A stretch of DNA of 64,000 nucleotides from Callorhinchus milii. Taxonomy: Eukaryota. The notes beneath the pieces are model-generated. The model worked only from the letters and a program-made list of their open reading frames with translations. It was not told the origin of the DNA and ran no database searches. Below are positions 1 through 12,590 of this stretch, piece after piece. Numbering within the stretch: position 1 is the stretch's first letter; each line of letters starts with the position of its first letter. A program made the translations under genes and the position numbers. The stretch covers positions 22,134,001-22,198,000 of the forward strand of contig NW_024704746.1 in the NCBI RefSeq assembly GCF_018977255.1, read 5' to 3'.

Positions 1-134
1 AATATGTTTAGTTGCAAGACGGTATATAGTTTGGGACCTGACATGTCAAACGACTGCCAGGTTGGTGGAAGTAGATGGACCTTAGTCTTCTTTTGCCCGG
101 CAAGTTCTTATGTTCTTGTGCAAGAGAAATTCAG

Positions 135-220
135 CACCCGGAGTTCCGAGCGAAAACTCCCAAGCGCTCTGGGACTCTACCCTGCGTGAGGGGCGTTATA
201 TAAATACAACTTGTTGTTGT
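135..220 (+). mobile_element. Short L2-type 3' tail
   Basis: AAGCGCTCTGGGAC...CGTGAGGGGCGTTATATAAATACAACTTGTTGTTG. Confidence 0.55.
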
Positions 221-299
221 TCTGACGACGGTGGGTGGAAGAGGTCGAAATCATCACAAATGCCTTTAGGAACTCCACCGACTTATCAACATTTTTAAA

Positions 300-600
300 A
301 AATCCTTACATTTGGTAAAGCGCCTTTCTTGACAGGAGGACATCCCGAATCGCTTCACGGAATATACTGTAGAGTTGAGTGACTGTTTTTGTGGGTGGAT
401 GTGGCAGCCAATTTGAGCACAGCAATGTCCCACAAGCAGCAATGAAGCGAGTGACCAATTTTGTTTGGGGGATTGTTAGGTCAGGACACCAGGAGAGAGA
501 AGTTCATTTCTCTTTTCAAATAGCACCATGAGATCTTTAATGTCCGCCTGACACAAGCGAACGAGGCATCGGTTGAACGTCTCATCTGAAGCAGGCACTG
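300..600 (-). mobile_element. DeuSINE copy (body and tail)
   Basis: AATCCTTACATTTGGTAAAGCGCC...GGCAGCCAATTTGAGCACAGCAATGTCCCACAAGCAG. Confidence 0.8.
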
Positions 601-3600
601 CCTAATTAAAACTGTCTAATTTTGTGCATTGATGCCCTGCACAAACTTAGACAGTGTTATTTCACTGTTGTTATTTACAAGACTGATTTCAGAGGTAGAT
701 TTCAGTGACAGTTGTTGGACGTCCAGCGTGCTCTCTCCTTCGACTCAATTCCCCCTCCTCCGCTCCGAATTAGCCGCGGTAATTGTAGATGAAAACGCCT
801 GTGATACTGCAGTTTGACGCTCCACGGTCGTTGCATAAAGAATTGGCGATGGAGCTCATAGCTCCTGCCAGGCAGGGTCACTGATGCATTTGCTACAGGG
901 TGAGGGCAAGCCCAGGCAGTCAGGCAGCCCCTATCCTATGTCAGCTGCAATTTGGGATGACACTGCAGATGCTGGATGTGATTTATGAGGCTGTGCTCCG
1001 AGGTGACTGGAGGAAATTGAATCTTTACCCACTTTGTGCGTGGCTCAGGTGAAGAGAAATTGGAAAAATGTATCTTAAGGGCACTGTATTGAACTGGCTC
1101 GGTTTGGGCCGAGCTTATCAAAGGGCCTTTATCCGATCCAAGATCATTCTCAAATGTCTTGGGACATTCAGTTTGTCATTGGTGTATTGGATGACAAATA
1201 CAAGTGTGAAGGGCCAGACATTAAGCCTCCCCGGAGAGCGAAGAGGAGCACAAAGCCAACACTGAGCTTGAACAATTAGGGCACCTCCTTGGATTTCCTG
1301 CTTATCGGAGGGTCAGCTTACTGCTGAGGGAGGTTAACATTCATCTCAATCTTAATTCTTCTGATTTCAGCAGGAAAAGCATTTTTTTTTTTAGCTGAAC
1401 GCGCGTCTCACTCAGCTTCGTTCAACTCTCAGTGGGTTTACGTTGTCGCGTTTAAACCTGAGGAGGTGACTATATTTTAGTAGCATCAAAATACCTATTG
1501 ATCTACGGAGAGTTAATGCTCATAAAGCTTGGTATTCCACTGTACTCCTTTTCACTCCTCTCCCCACTCCTCTCCTCTTTCCTTTTAAATACGATTGACA
1601 AAGTAAAGCCTGAACATCACATTAGGGATGATCCAAGGCTGTCATAGGACATAGCTTCAGAGCTGCAAAGACCAATTTCAGAGCCAGGGAGGAAGTTTTA
1701 CTTTATCCAGAAGGCAAATGATGACTGGAACAGGTTATCAGGAAGGGTACCTGAAGCCAGGGCACTTGGAACATGAGGTTTGAACCACAATCGTCCGATT
1801 CAGAAGCAAGAGCCAGGCTGACACCTGGATAATACATACATACATACATAAATAAATACATGCAGGCAGGCAGGCATACATACTCCTTGCATTTGATATA
1901 GCGCCTTATCACGTCTTCAAGGCGTATCAAAGTGCTTCACAGAATACACTGTGATGTGTAATAACTGTATGTTGTAGGCGAAACGCGGCAGCCAATTGTG
2001 CACAGGATCTTTTTACTTTACTTTTTACTCCCCTCGTGAGATGTTGGGGAGTGAAGCCGAGGACAACTTTGCCTCGAATCACCAGCTCTGCCTCAATTAG
2101 CCTGTGATGCGCAATCGCAGGCTGAAATAGTCAGCCTCACCTTCTCTACAGCCCAACTGTGGTGTATCAACAGTCACTAGCCCCTGTTTATCTGATCTGC
2201 TTTCACACAGTAACTCCCTGGATTGCACCTCATTTTTCTTGCTGTCTAAAAGACAGTTCGGATCTAGGACACCTTACCGGTGCCATTGCACCCCCCCACC
2301 CCACTCCCCCCGCCCCCTCCCCCTCTGCACTCTCTCCCCCAGTCTGCCCTTTTTAACTGTACTGCTGGGATGCAGGTTATGAGTTTGCACTTTGCACATG
2401 TTGGAAACTGTCTGTTGACAGCTCCCAGTACTGACAGTCCTGCGATCTGTAATGAATCCTCGTGGCAGCTTTTGTTAGCCTGCTCTTCAGATAGCAAAAC
2501 CAAAGCCTTAAAAAACCCTTTCCAGCTAATCCCTTGTGCAAGCATCCACTGAAAGAAAAGTGCTTTGATAAGACCACAGTGACACAGAGGGACAGGCTTC
2601 CTGTCATAGGCCTTTGGTGCCACTTGTCAATTGAAATGCTAAACACCCACTATAAAGGACTCGAAGGAAAGATGATAAAATTAAGGACAGGCAAATTAAA
2701 AAGGGCTATAAATACCGCAGGGACATGACGTCAGCTCATCTGCATGACCCGCAATTTCAAACAAAAATTGCTTTCGAAGCAGGAGCAAGCAGAGAAGGAG
2801 AAGGAAATCAATACAATTTTTAGTCAATGAAAACGTTGGCAAAAGAATATCATCAAAGCGACCGTTTGTGGGACACTGCTGTGTGCAATTGGCTGCCACA
2901 TTTCCCCCTCTCCCCAAAATTACGTCGATTCCCTTTACAGTATATTCTGTGAAACAATTTGAGACATCTTAATGACGTGATAAGGGCGCTATATCAAATG
3001 CAAGGGTTATTAATATTTTTATCAAAACCAGGCTTTATCCTACGTGATTCAGAGCAAATGCTAATGGGGGAAAGGAGGGGAGGGCATCCAATTGAACATG
3101 GCCCACCCAAGCCAATGTTACAGTGCCTTTATTTCTCCTCTTTACACAGTAACTGACGCCAAGTCCAAAGCTTTTTTTTTTCCTTTGCATGCTCTCCTGC
3201 ACCCTGATTTCAATGTGAAGTTGCAGGAGTTGAGTTAATGAAACTTGGTGTGAGCTTCATGCTGTGTCACAGGTTAATGGAAGTGGCACAGCCAGTGCGC
3301 AAGTGAAGGAGAGGCGAGTCAGGCTTTTCTGACGTGATATCTTTCAGTCCGACTCGTACTCTCGTTGGCGAAAGTCAGCGACAGAATCACAATTAAACAT
3401 CCACGTGCTGTGGTGGTGTCAGCCCGGCCGACATTCAGAGTCTTTTTAGTGTGGGTTTGTGTTGAAGGAGTGTGCGGAGTTATGGTGAGTCTCGACTATA
3501 CCACATATCGGTTCATGTGTAGGCACCTTGCCAAGGAGACTTCACTCAGCAGTTTCCAGTGGCAGCCAAATTGGAGAGCTCTTTGAAAGATGCCCCATAA

Positions 3601-5317
3601 ACAACCGCAAAAGCGATGGACCAATTTTATCTGGGTTTATTGCTGGCCGGGAAACACGCCTGAGAAGCTCCCATCTTTTTTCGAATAGTGCCATGGGATC
3701 TTTAATACAGGAGGTGGTTGACGTGGATGCTGAACATTGAACAGATTTAGTGTTTATTTCCACTAGGGATGAGGATTATTTTTTTCTTTCTGCAGCACTT
3801 GGCAGTGAGTACAGCGAGCAGTATCTTTGTAAGATGAAATCTCCTTGTACGAGTACAAGACAGACCGATTGTTAATGACTTATTGTAAAGGCAGCCTTTG
3901 TGGAATCATGAAAGGAATAGTATTTCTTGTTCTGATTCTGGGCAGGACCCTGACTGTCACTGTGCCAGGTATCTGTTCAAACAGGGAGCTTTGGGCCTCT
4001 GGCATGAATCGAAAGTTACCAAAAGAGTTCACGTTCACGACTGCTGCTCTTGCTGCTCACAATACGTTTGAGGGAGAGGCTGTGCAGACTTCCCAGTAAA
4101 CAACAGGGAAAAAGCCTTTCTTTCCCTTTATGAGCAAGGAGAGCTTTCGTCCCGAGAGGTCGTGTTTCAGACTTGCTTCCCCAGCTTTGCCAGTGCCAGG
4201 CTGGAGGGAATCATAGAGGGGAGTCAGACAACTTCAGGATAGGATGGAAGACAATTGGTACCAGAGAAAGAAAGCAAAGATGGAAAAAGAGGTAATAAAA
4301 AAAGTCAAGTTGGATGCTGTCCCTTGACTGATAGAGGCACCTTTGAGCACACTAGGTGGCCCAGAGGTATGATACAGCTCCTGCCTGCAGACCTACATGA
4401 TAGGGATACAGTAGAAAACCAACTACGCCAGACAGCATTGTGATAAATCAGTTCCATCGATTGATTCCATTGCAACCATCACAGGTGGGCCTTGCTGTGC
4501 TGCTCTGAGCTACAGCTAGATTCCTCCCCGGCAGATTTATGCACTGCATCGTTCTTCAAACACTAACATCCACGAACAAATTTAGTTTAGTGTGGAGTTT
4601 ATTTAGCATGGATTCCTCCAATGTAAACCAACCGCGTGTTGCATGACTCACTAGATAAGTCGGCGGAAGGAAAAAACCCAATAAAAACTCCAGTTTGCCT
4701 TCATTTTTTATGTCAGTTGGTTAAGTCACGTGACATTGATTTTCCATGGAAGTTTAGTTATTAAAAATTCTGAAATAATTAAGGAGAAGATGCGCTTTTT
4801 GGAGAATAATGTCAACCCTCTTGGGTTAGTTTGAAATACTATGCCTGAAATTTCACCTAGTCTCAGCCTGTGGCACTATTTTTGCCTCAAAATGTAATAG
4901 GTGCGCAAAGTTCTAAGCTTCACTCTTCACATGAAAGCAAGTTGTATGTATCACCTCAACGGTTTGTTCCTTTAAAAGAAAATAAGAGTTAATGGAAAAC
5001 TCTGATATTACAGCACAATGTTTGGATAATCTGGAGCTACATTGGTTTCTTTATTGAAGTCTCTGTTTGATGTATTGCTAATCTATGATCATTCCCCCCC
5101 ACCCCACCCCCAATAGTGTATTTTGGGGAATTTAGGCACTCAGCAGCGTAAGGGATATCAGTCTGAGGAAATTGAATTTTTTTTACTATTTCTACACCCA
5201 AATCAGTTGTCATCATCAAGCAGTCCCTAACCTTAGATCAGCATGAATTCCAATGCACACCAATGCTCCCACTGCTCTGCCTCAACAATTCAAATTGCAC
5301 ATCTGAATTATTTTATA

Positions 5318-5542
5318 TTTGGTCACCCGGGTGTCTGACACACGCGGAAACCCAGCGCCGTGCTTGAGAGTATCCAAACCAAGCTGAGATTTCCATGCAT
5401 CCCACCTACACATGGAAATGCCAGAGATAGATTGTTGGAAAGGAATGCACACTCTCTCTCCCTGGATTGAGGTGTCCTGCTTACCTAATTCTGGAAAGTA
5501 TAAGGCGCAGGTTGGCAAGAGACAACACTAGGGGACCCCAGA
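5318..5542. repeat. Unclassified dispersed repeat, copy 1
   Basis: Aligns by eye along its whole length with 62425-62664 and in part with 38744-38806. Confidence 0.85.
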
Positions 5543-6044
5543 AAGTTGGTGTAACTGCTGGAGTCTGACCAGCTAAAACCACGTTGTTTGCCATTGATAT
5601 ACCTCCTCCAAATAGCATCCCCTCCATGCTGTTACTGCTTTTGCATTAACCATCATCGTTATGACCTCTGCGAATGAGATTACCAATTAGTTCCATCTCA
5701 TTTCACACAGGTTCTTTACAGCCAAAGAGAGAGAAAGAGAGAGAGACTTTCGTCCCTCAGTCTGGACTGGGTTCAAACCTGATTCAAACCAGCGGTAAAA
5801 AAAACTTTTCTTTAAATTGCAAACCATTGACTAATTATAAAACGCTCCCTCATTCTGGAATATCATGATATATACAGGAAGCCAGGAATCCAAGCGTCTA
5901 ATTTAGCTGCAACCGCACAACAATTACAAATTCAGCCCCAGGGACCACAAATCACCATGCAAGGTAATTGCATGTATTTAGAATTCACATATAGAGTTAG
6001 ACATTGTTCTGATGCTGGACTCATGAGGACCAGAGAAGAGAACT

Positions 6045-6206
6045 CCATCCCATGGCCCTCTTCGACCGTTCCTTCAGTCACCCTCCTACCCCTACTCTCA
6101 CCGCCCTTCACCCCTCCTGACCCAACCACTAACTCGGGTGCAGATCCTTGGGACGTCCTCCTGACATGAAAGGTGCTGTACAAATGTAATTTGTTGTTGT
6201 TGTTGT
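6045..6206 (+). mobile_element. L2 LINE 3' end remnant
   Basis: CTCTTCGACCGTTCCTTCAGTCAC...CTCGGGTGCAGATCC...GACATGAAAGGTGCTGTACAAATGTAATTTGTTGTTG matches the other L2 copies. Confidence 0.75.
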
Positions 6207-9200
6207 CATCTGATGGCAGTCTGACCCCTGACTGGTAAGTGGCAGGACTCGAGCTTTCTCTAGCACCGGATTGGAAACCTAACAAAAGGCTTCTTACGAA
6301 TCAGATCGCTCTGAAACTCTCCCATATGTCAATCTCCAACAATCCTCTCTCGTGTCGCCGGCCTTCAACCACTTACCCATTGGGGGAGCTCTCTACAAAA
6401 GATTTCTACCCAGGAATGAGAGCGGCTGAGCAGAAGGAACCCTTTAGGAGAGCAGAGCCTTAAACAGAGGAATTGCTCACACAGCACAATGCATGCACTT
6501 ACAGTGTCAGGTACTAATGGTCCACACAATAGAAAAATTAACACAAGCGAAGCATGTATTAATATTACATAAATTAATAGACACGGTGGGGGTTGGATGG
6601 GGGAGGACTGGGGTTTTAAGGGGGTTACATTGCTTCTCCCACTCATTAGTCTGACCTAAATAAACTTTAAGGAGGATTATTAACTCCATTGTTAGTTGTC
6701 CAGGGTTTACTGTGGCTCCTGTCATGTGCCGGGCTCTCAAGCTTCTTGTTCAGAGTCTAAACGAAAGATTTGCTTCCTTAGTCTTACTTTGTACTTTGTT
6801 TTTAATTATTCCAGAGCATTATAGGGTCAAATTAATTAAGCCCCACCGCACAAACACACCCAAATAAGATGGGCGGGCATGAGTAATTTGGGCAAAGTTG
6901 GCAATTATGGTCTGGGAATCAGAGTGATGAACATATTTATCTCCTGAATTCCCCCCCCCCCCCCCCCACCACACACAAAAATATTCTTTTTGGATCTCTC
7001 TCCTTGTTGTGTATCATTCAAGGCCGGCTGGGAGTTAATTGTTTGGGAGCATTAGAGAGAAAGTGACACAACTATGTCTGGCGCAGAATTGGGTCAGGTT
7101 AAATGCAAAACCAAACACAAGGAAAAAAACCAACAAGATTCAAATGCAGAGTGAGGTTTGCCCCTGAGACGGGGATGAGCCCTTTGGTGAGCCTGTCTTA
7201 ATCTGGAAACTCTATCCGAGCAAGCATGGATGCCATTGCTTGTAAACACAGGCTCGAAAAGTTCCAGATCAGCAGTCACTTTCCCCCTCCCTCCTCCCTC
7301 TGAGCAGCTATGTAACAAGCACTGCGTGCGTCTGCGTGTGTGTGTGTGTATGCTGAGCTGCCCCCACTTTCTCTTTAGTGTAAATAAGGTACACTATGTT
7401 AAATATTTGGGTGGTTCTCAAAGCGAACTTTGGATTTGCTCCAGGTTGAAGCACGGACACGAATACTGGAGAGAATCGGATCTGGCAAGGTCGGTTGTAC
7501 ATAGAAACCGTCAAGCTGGGGGCCTTGGGTGGGGGCGGGAATGCAGGGGGGTGGGGGAGAAATCTTTTGCCTTCAGGAGGTGGGAGCTTTGTGAGAAAAT
7601 CTCCTGACGTAGCTCGATATTAAATGCAGGTTTTTTTTTCCTATCAAACTCACTTTTAGATCTGTTAGTGGCCACACTCTTACGTGTTTGGAGCCGCCAA
7701 TAAGTTGAAAGAGCTTATTATTCAGAGGAGGACTAAGCGTACCCTTGAATAAAGTTGATCAGTGTCAACGGCCTGAAGGCTGACCTTCCTGTTGAGGTTG
7801 AGATAGTTGCCTGTGGCAATATTTGATCAGTCAAATGCTCCGCTATCTTGGTATGTTATCTGAGAAGTGCATTTACCAGGTGGTGAGATGGTGTAGCCCA
7901 TCTGTGCTGTTGCTCCATTGTTTGGCTGTTGAAAGGAGCTGTTGTCAGCAGAGGCAGGAGCACACAATTAGCTGGGGGTGGGTGGGTGGGGGGGTGTGGG
8001 GTGATACCGTCAAGCTGTGGTAATGTGTTTGAACAGAAAGGTAACAGGCCAGGAGCAGCTGAGAGCTCATTGTAAATACAAGCCATCCTTCAAGAGATGA
8101 AGGCAGTGAATGACAGGAAAGCAGTTTGGCTCTTTCCTCAGTGTAGATGATGAATAAAAGTCAATAAAAGTCAAACTCGATTTGGTCCTCAACTCCGTCC
8201 GAGTGGCCAGACGGGGATTTTTTTTAGAATATTTTATTATGAAAAATTTGACAATGTCCTCCCACCATCTTCCCTCTTTTGTTCAAACAGCGCTAATCTC
8301 AGGAAGAAGGAGATACGTGATGAGATATTCACCCATTCACTTCCCAACCTCCTCCCCCACTACCCCACCCCACCCCCATCTCACCATTCCCCTCCCCCCT
8401 TTACCATTGAGAGCATTATATTCCAATCCTAAACACTTTGTGCAATCTCTAAATGTAAGGGACCTCCGAGGTCAAAGACATTGACAGTTTATACTCTTGC
8501 TGTCAGGGCGAGTTACCATCCAGTTAACGGCAGCATCCATAACCCACATTCCTGGCCACAGCCTCCGGTGCCGCTGTGGTTAAGCGCTCTGAGACGCCAT
8601 CCGGCGTGAAGGGCGCTCAAGTTGTGTTTATCCCATAGACCGCTCGAAAACCGGTTCAAATAGACCAACTCGAGGCTGCTGTTGGAAAGATAATAACCCT
8701 TATAATCCTTACATTTGATATAGCGTATGGCACATTGGGAGGGCATCTTCGCAGCGCTACTGCCTGAGCCAGGCTGACAAACGATAAACAGTGCTAGAAA
8801 CCAGTAATAAAAGCCAAAATCCATGAGAAGGCAATCGGTAGCTGAACATAGTCAGAAATGACAGGTTAATGTTTCTCGCAATGCTTCTTCACAAGGGCTT
8901 TGGGGAAAGGCCATATCATTGCGAAGATCTAATATTTCTGAAGCAATAAAGCCCAAATCGCTTTATTTGAGGTTCAGCGGATCTGACTGGCCCTGGGTCC
9001 GAGATTGATGGAAGAGAGGAACAGATTAATCCCCAAAGGAAGAGAGGAGCCATTTAATTCTGACTGCTCAAAGATGCTCCGCGAATAAAGTGGAATCTAG
9101 ACCCAGGTGAAATTTCTCCCCGTGTTTTCTTGACAGACTGAACAATAAGCGCACATTATGCAGATGCTAAAAATGTTGCATTTAAGGACCTCACAGCATC

Positions 9201-12200
9201 AGCACCTCTACGTTGACCTACAAAGCACACAGTCACTGCACTCTACTCCGAAGCTCACCTGATGCGGAGAACACTGTGGTCAAATACATTATTATTTTTA
9301 GCACTTGATGTGTTTAATGTGCCAATTTGGGTTCATGACATTGCACAAACTGTATGAATCGTGTCCGAAATGACACAACCAAAATTGACACTAAAGGACT
9401 TGAATAGCCTTCAACAAAGTCAGAAATAGCCTTTATATAAAAAAGAGCGATTGTGGTTTCACAGGGAACATCCCTTTATGAGCGCTGCATTGTGGTTTTT
9501 TTTATTCAGCGCTCTGAGAGAACACTTGAAAAGCTTTTCCAGGATAATACTTTTGAAATTTTATTATATTGAACTCTGGCAATTTTTCTCCTAGAGTTTT
9601 GGCCATTGCTCTCCTCCACTGAAAACGCTGGACTTTTTTTTCCCTCTTTCTAACGTAGACTGGTTCCTGGAATAAGTGGCCGTTATTTATGTGTAAGCTT
9701 TGACAGTGAGTGTTGACAGGATATTTGACTGGGGGATGGAGAGATGGGTGGATGAAGAAAAGTCGTAACTAAGTCTGATGCTGTCCCCATTTCCAGACAC
9801 ACACGCACCCTCCTGCTCTTGATAGCAATCGGGCAGATTTTTCTGTCGCTCCCAACTCTTGTCCAATCGAGATCAGGTAACCACCACAAACTGGGATTTG
9901 AACCTACATCCCATATTGCCCTAATATTTGCAAAGCAATGCCTTTACCCATCCGGCCAGTTCATTAGAGGAGGCTCCTTACAAATTATTAACCGTTGGAG
10001 AATTGAATGCTTTTTAAACTTTCAAATGACACATCCACGGTTTGCTTTCTGAAAGCTGCAAAGTTTTATTTTCGGCAAATTTCAGCGAGATGGACTATTT
10101 GCAATGGGTTGAAAATGAACTTCATGAACCTCAGCCCTGGGCTTGCCTCAGTAGCATAGATATGAATGGGTGATATAAGGAGCTTCTCTCATCCGACCTC
10201 ACTGTCATTCCGGTAACTAGAACCAATTGAACGGACACGCACATTCCACTATCTGCTGTTGGAGATGCCCTAATGTGAGGGGAAATGTAAACATGCCGAA
10301 TCCCATCTCTACCAGAAATAACACCCAGTGCAGACTCTCTTGTTACCAATGATTGAATTGGGCGGCAGAGTGTAAATCGTGTTGTCTCTTGGTGCTTTGG
10401 TGGGCTCAGATGTCACAGCCAAACACCAAGGCCTGGCTGTAGCTATAACATCCTGTAATGCAGAATTACTACTTCTCCTAATAATAATAATCCTTACATT
10501 TGATATCGCGCCTTATCACATCTTCGAGACATCTCAAAGCGTTTCACAGAATATAATGTATAGGGTATTTTGTTATTATTGTATATTTTGTGGGCGAAAC
10601 GCTGTAGCCAATTGCACACAGCAGAGTCCTACATGGATTGAGTGACCAAATTATTTAGGCAAAAGGGGAACCTTTAGTTGCCCGGCCGGCCGGCTAGCCA
10701 GGGACCAGCTGCAGGCCAGCTTTGATGAGGGCTGAAAGCTAATAACGCACAACAATCCCCGGCTGATACTCAACTTTCCCAGGGTTGGGCAGCTCCAGAT
10801 CATTTCTCCAGCCCTTGTCCCCATTGAACTCAGTGGAGTGACTATCATGTGGTTCCAGAGTACATCACCAGAGTACATCGCCCAGTGCAGGAGCAGGTGG
10901 AAAGAGAGCCCGGGTTCCATGCCTCAAGTGACGATTTCCTCCTTACCGAAAAATTGCTCTGTTACAATTTTCTTTCTCCATTTCCGCGGGGAATACTTTG
11001 AATGAAAAGTACTCCCTTTAGAGTACTTTATTTCCCTTTTATATTCCCATTGCCCGGCACTGTTTTCAAATGACACCTCTCCGCACGTGTGTCTGGGGGT
11101 CGAAATAGCTGACCCATGAGGGAGATCGCATGCTTATGGTAATTAACAAAATGCTGTCTAATTTACAGCCTTGTTTCCATTTCTATATCTTAATTCACTT
11201 CTTCTCCAGCCTGCTGCGTAAGCAACGAGCGGTTGTGAATTCAGAGCTCAAAATATTTGCAATATCTCGTTGTGTGACGATGAGGCGTGATTCTTTTCTC
11301 AAAATTAAAATCAGAACAGGACGATAATTACCGCAAGGAACGAAAGGAGCTTCTTTCAATTACGTGGGTATTTTCAAGTATGGGAAGGGTCTCCCTCTTT
11401 AACATTTTAGCAATAAATTATTCATCTTGTTCACAGCGTGCTACAAGCTACAATAGGCACTGAGATTGCAGGTCGAATCTATGTATTAAGATTATGCTAA
11501 AATTAATGGGAAGTGTAGAAAAGGCAGAGAGGTGTACAGACTGAAGGACCGATTTTCCCCTTGAAGGACACAGTTCAAACAAACTTGAAAAGTACCCTGT
11601 TGTGCGGAGCAGAGGAGGAGAGCCTTTGAAGGCTGCTTCAACTGCTTATCAGTAATCCTGGCTGNTTTTTTATTAAACCAGCTCAGATAGAGTTGAATTT
11701 CGTCAACTGAACCTGTTTCTATAGAAACATAAAAATTGGTTGGCGATTTGTGCTTGGTTTTTGATTGATATATTAACCCATTGAAGACTTTGGTCAACAT
11801 TTTCTTTCCTCTCCTCCTTCAGTTCCCTTCCCCTCCCCCTAGTCTCTTCTAAAGACATGGACTCTTACTAGAATATGCCTTGTACATGCACTGATCATCC
11901 ATTGTGGCCACTTGTGAGTATAGCCTGGCCATACAAGTGTGCGGAGGGGTTGAGGCATCACAGACAAGCCCGAATCTTGTGCTTACTGGTAGCTCAGAGG
12001 CTGAAGGGTGTAAAATAGCACTTAGTCTTATCAGCTAGCGAGCCCTGATCCCTGCTGTGAGCTGAGTGAGCAACGGGAGCTACAGTGGCACCAGGAGAGG
12101 AGAAAGTGGAATGGCACGCTGGCATTCTCTGCTCCATATTGGCTGCACTAGACATGAACTTGCAGTCCAGTGGATTGATAGTTCATCAGGCTCTGTCCAC

Positions 12201-12442
12201 GTTACTCTAGCCTTCAACGGTTTCAGTTGATGGATGGAGCTGGGGTTTAGAGATCGAGAAAGTCTGATAAAAATCCATTCTGTCACGTGCTCTGCACACA
12301 CATTACCTCAAGTCTAATTGGGTTAATTTAATTGCCCTACGTGGAGAGGCAGCTGGCCTTTTAATTCACACAGTTTTTTGTCACTTTGGTGCTTGAGTGA
12401 GGACGCTTTCATCTTGTTGCGCTCAGAGCAAGCACTTTGCCA

Positions 12443-12590
12443 TGTCACTATAATGGCAGGTGTGATATCAGTGAGTGACACGATGTTAGCAGGTGTGGTA
12501 TTAGTGAGCGAGTCTCACTGTAATGGCAGGTGTGATGTTACTAAGTCTCACTATAATGGCAGGTATAGTAGGCAAGAGTCACTTATGGAG
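12443..12590. repeat. Degenerate minisatellite, ~31-35 bp unit, about 4 copies
   Basis: Unit approximately GTCTCACTATAATGGCAGGTGTGATATYAGTGA. Confidence 0.8.

Noticed and set aside
221-252. CTGACGA...GAAA hammerhead-like core
   Set aside because: The required stems cannot be formed.
2704-2735. TATAAATA followed by CRE TGACGTCA
   Set aside because: The CRE lies downstream of the TATA box, there is no associated exon, and such motifs are expected by chance in 64 kb.
3845-4099. LYEYKTDR resembling SH3 LYDYKKER
   Set aside because: No further SH3 residues follow.
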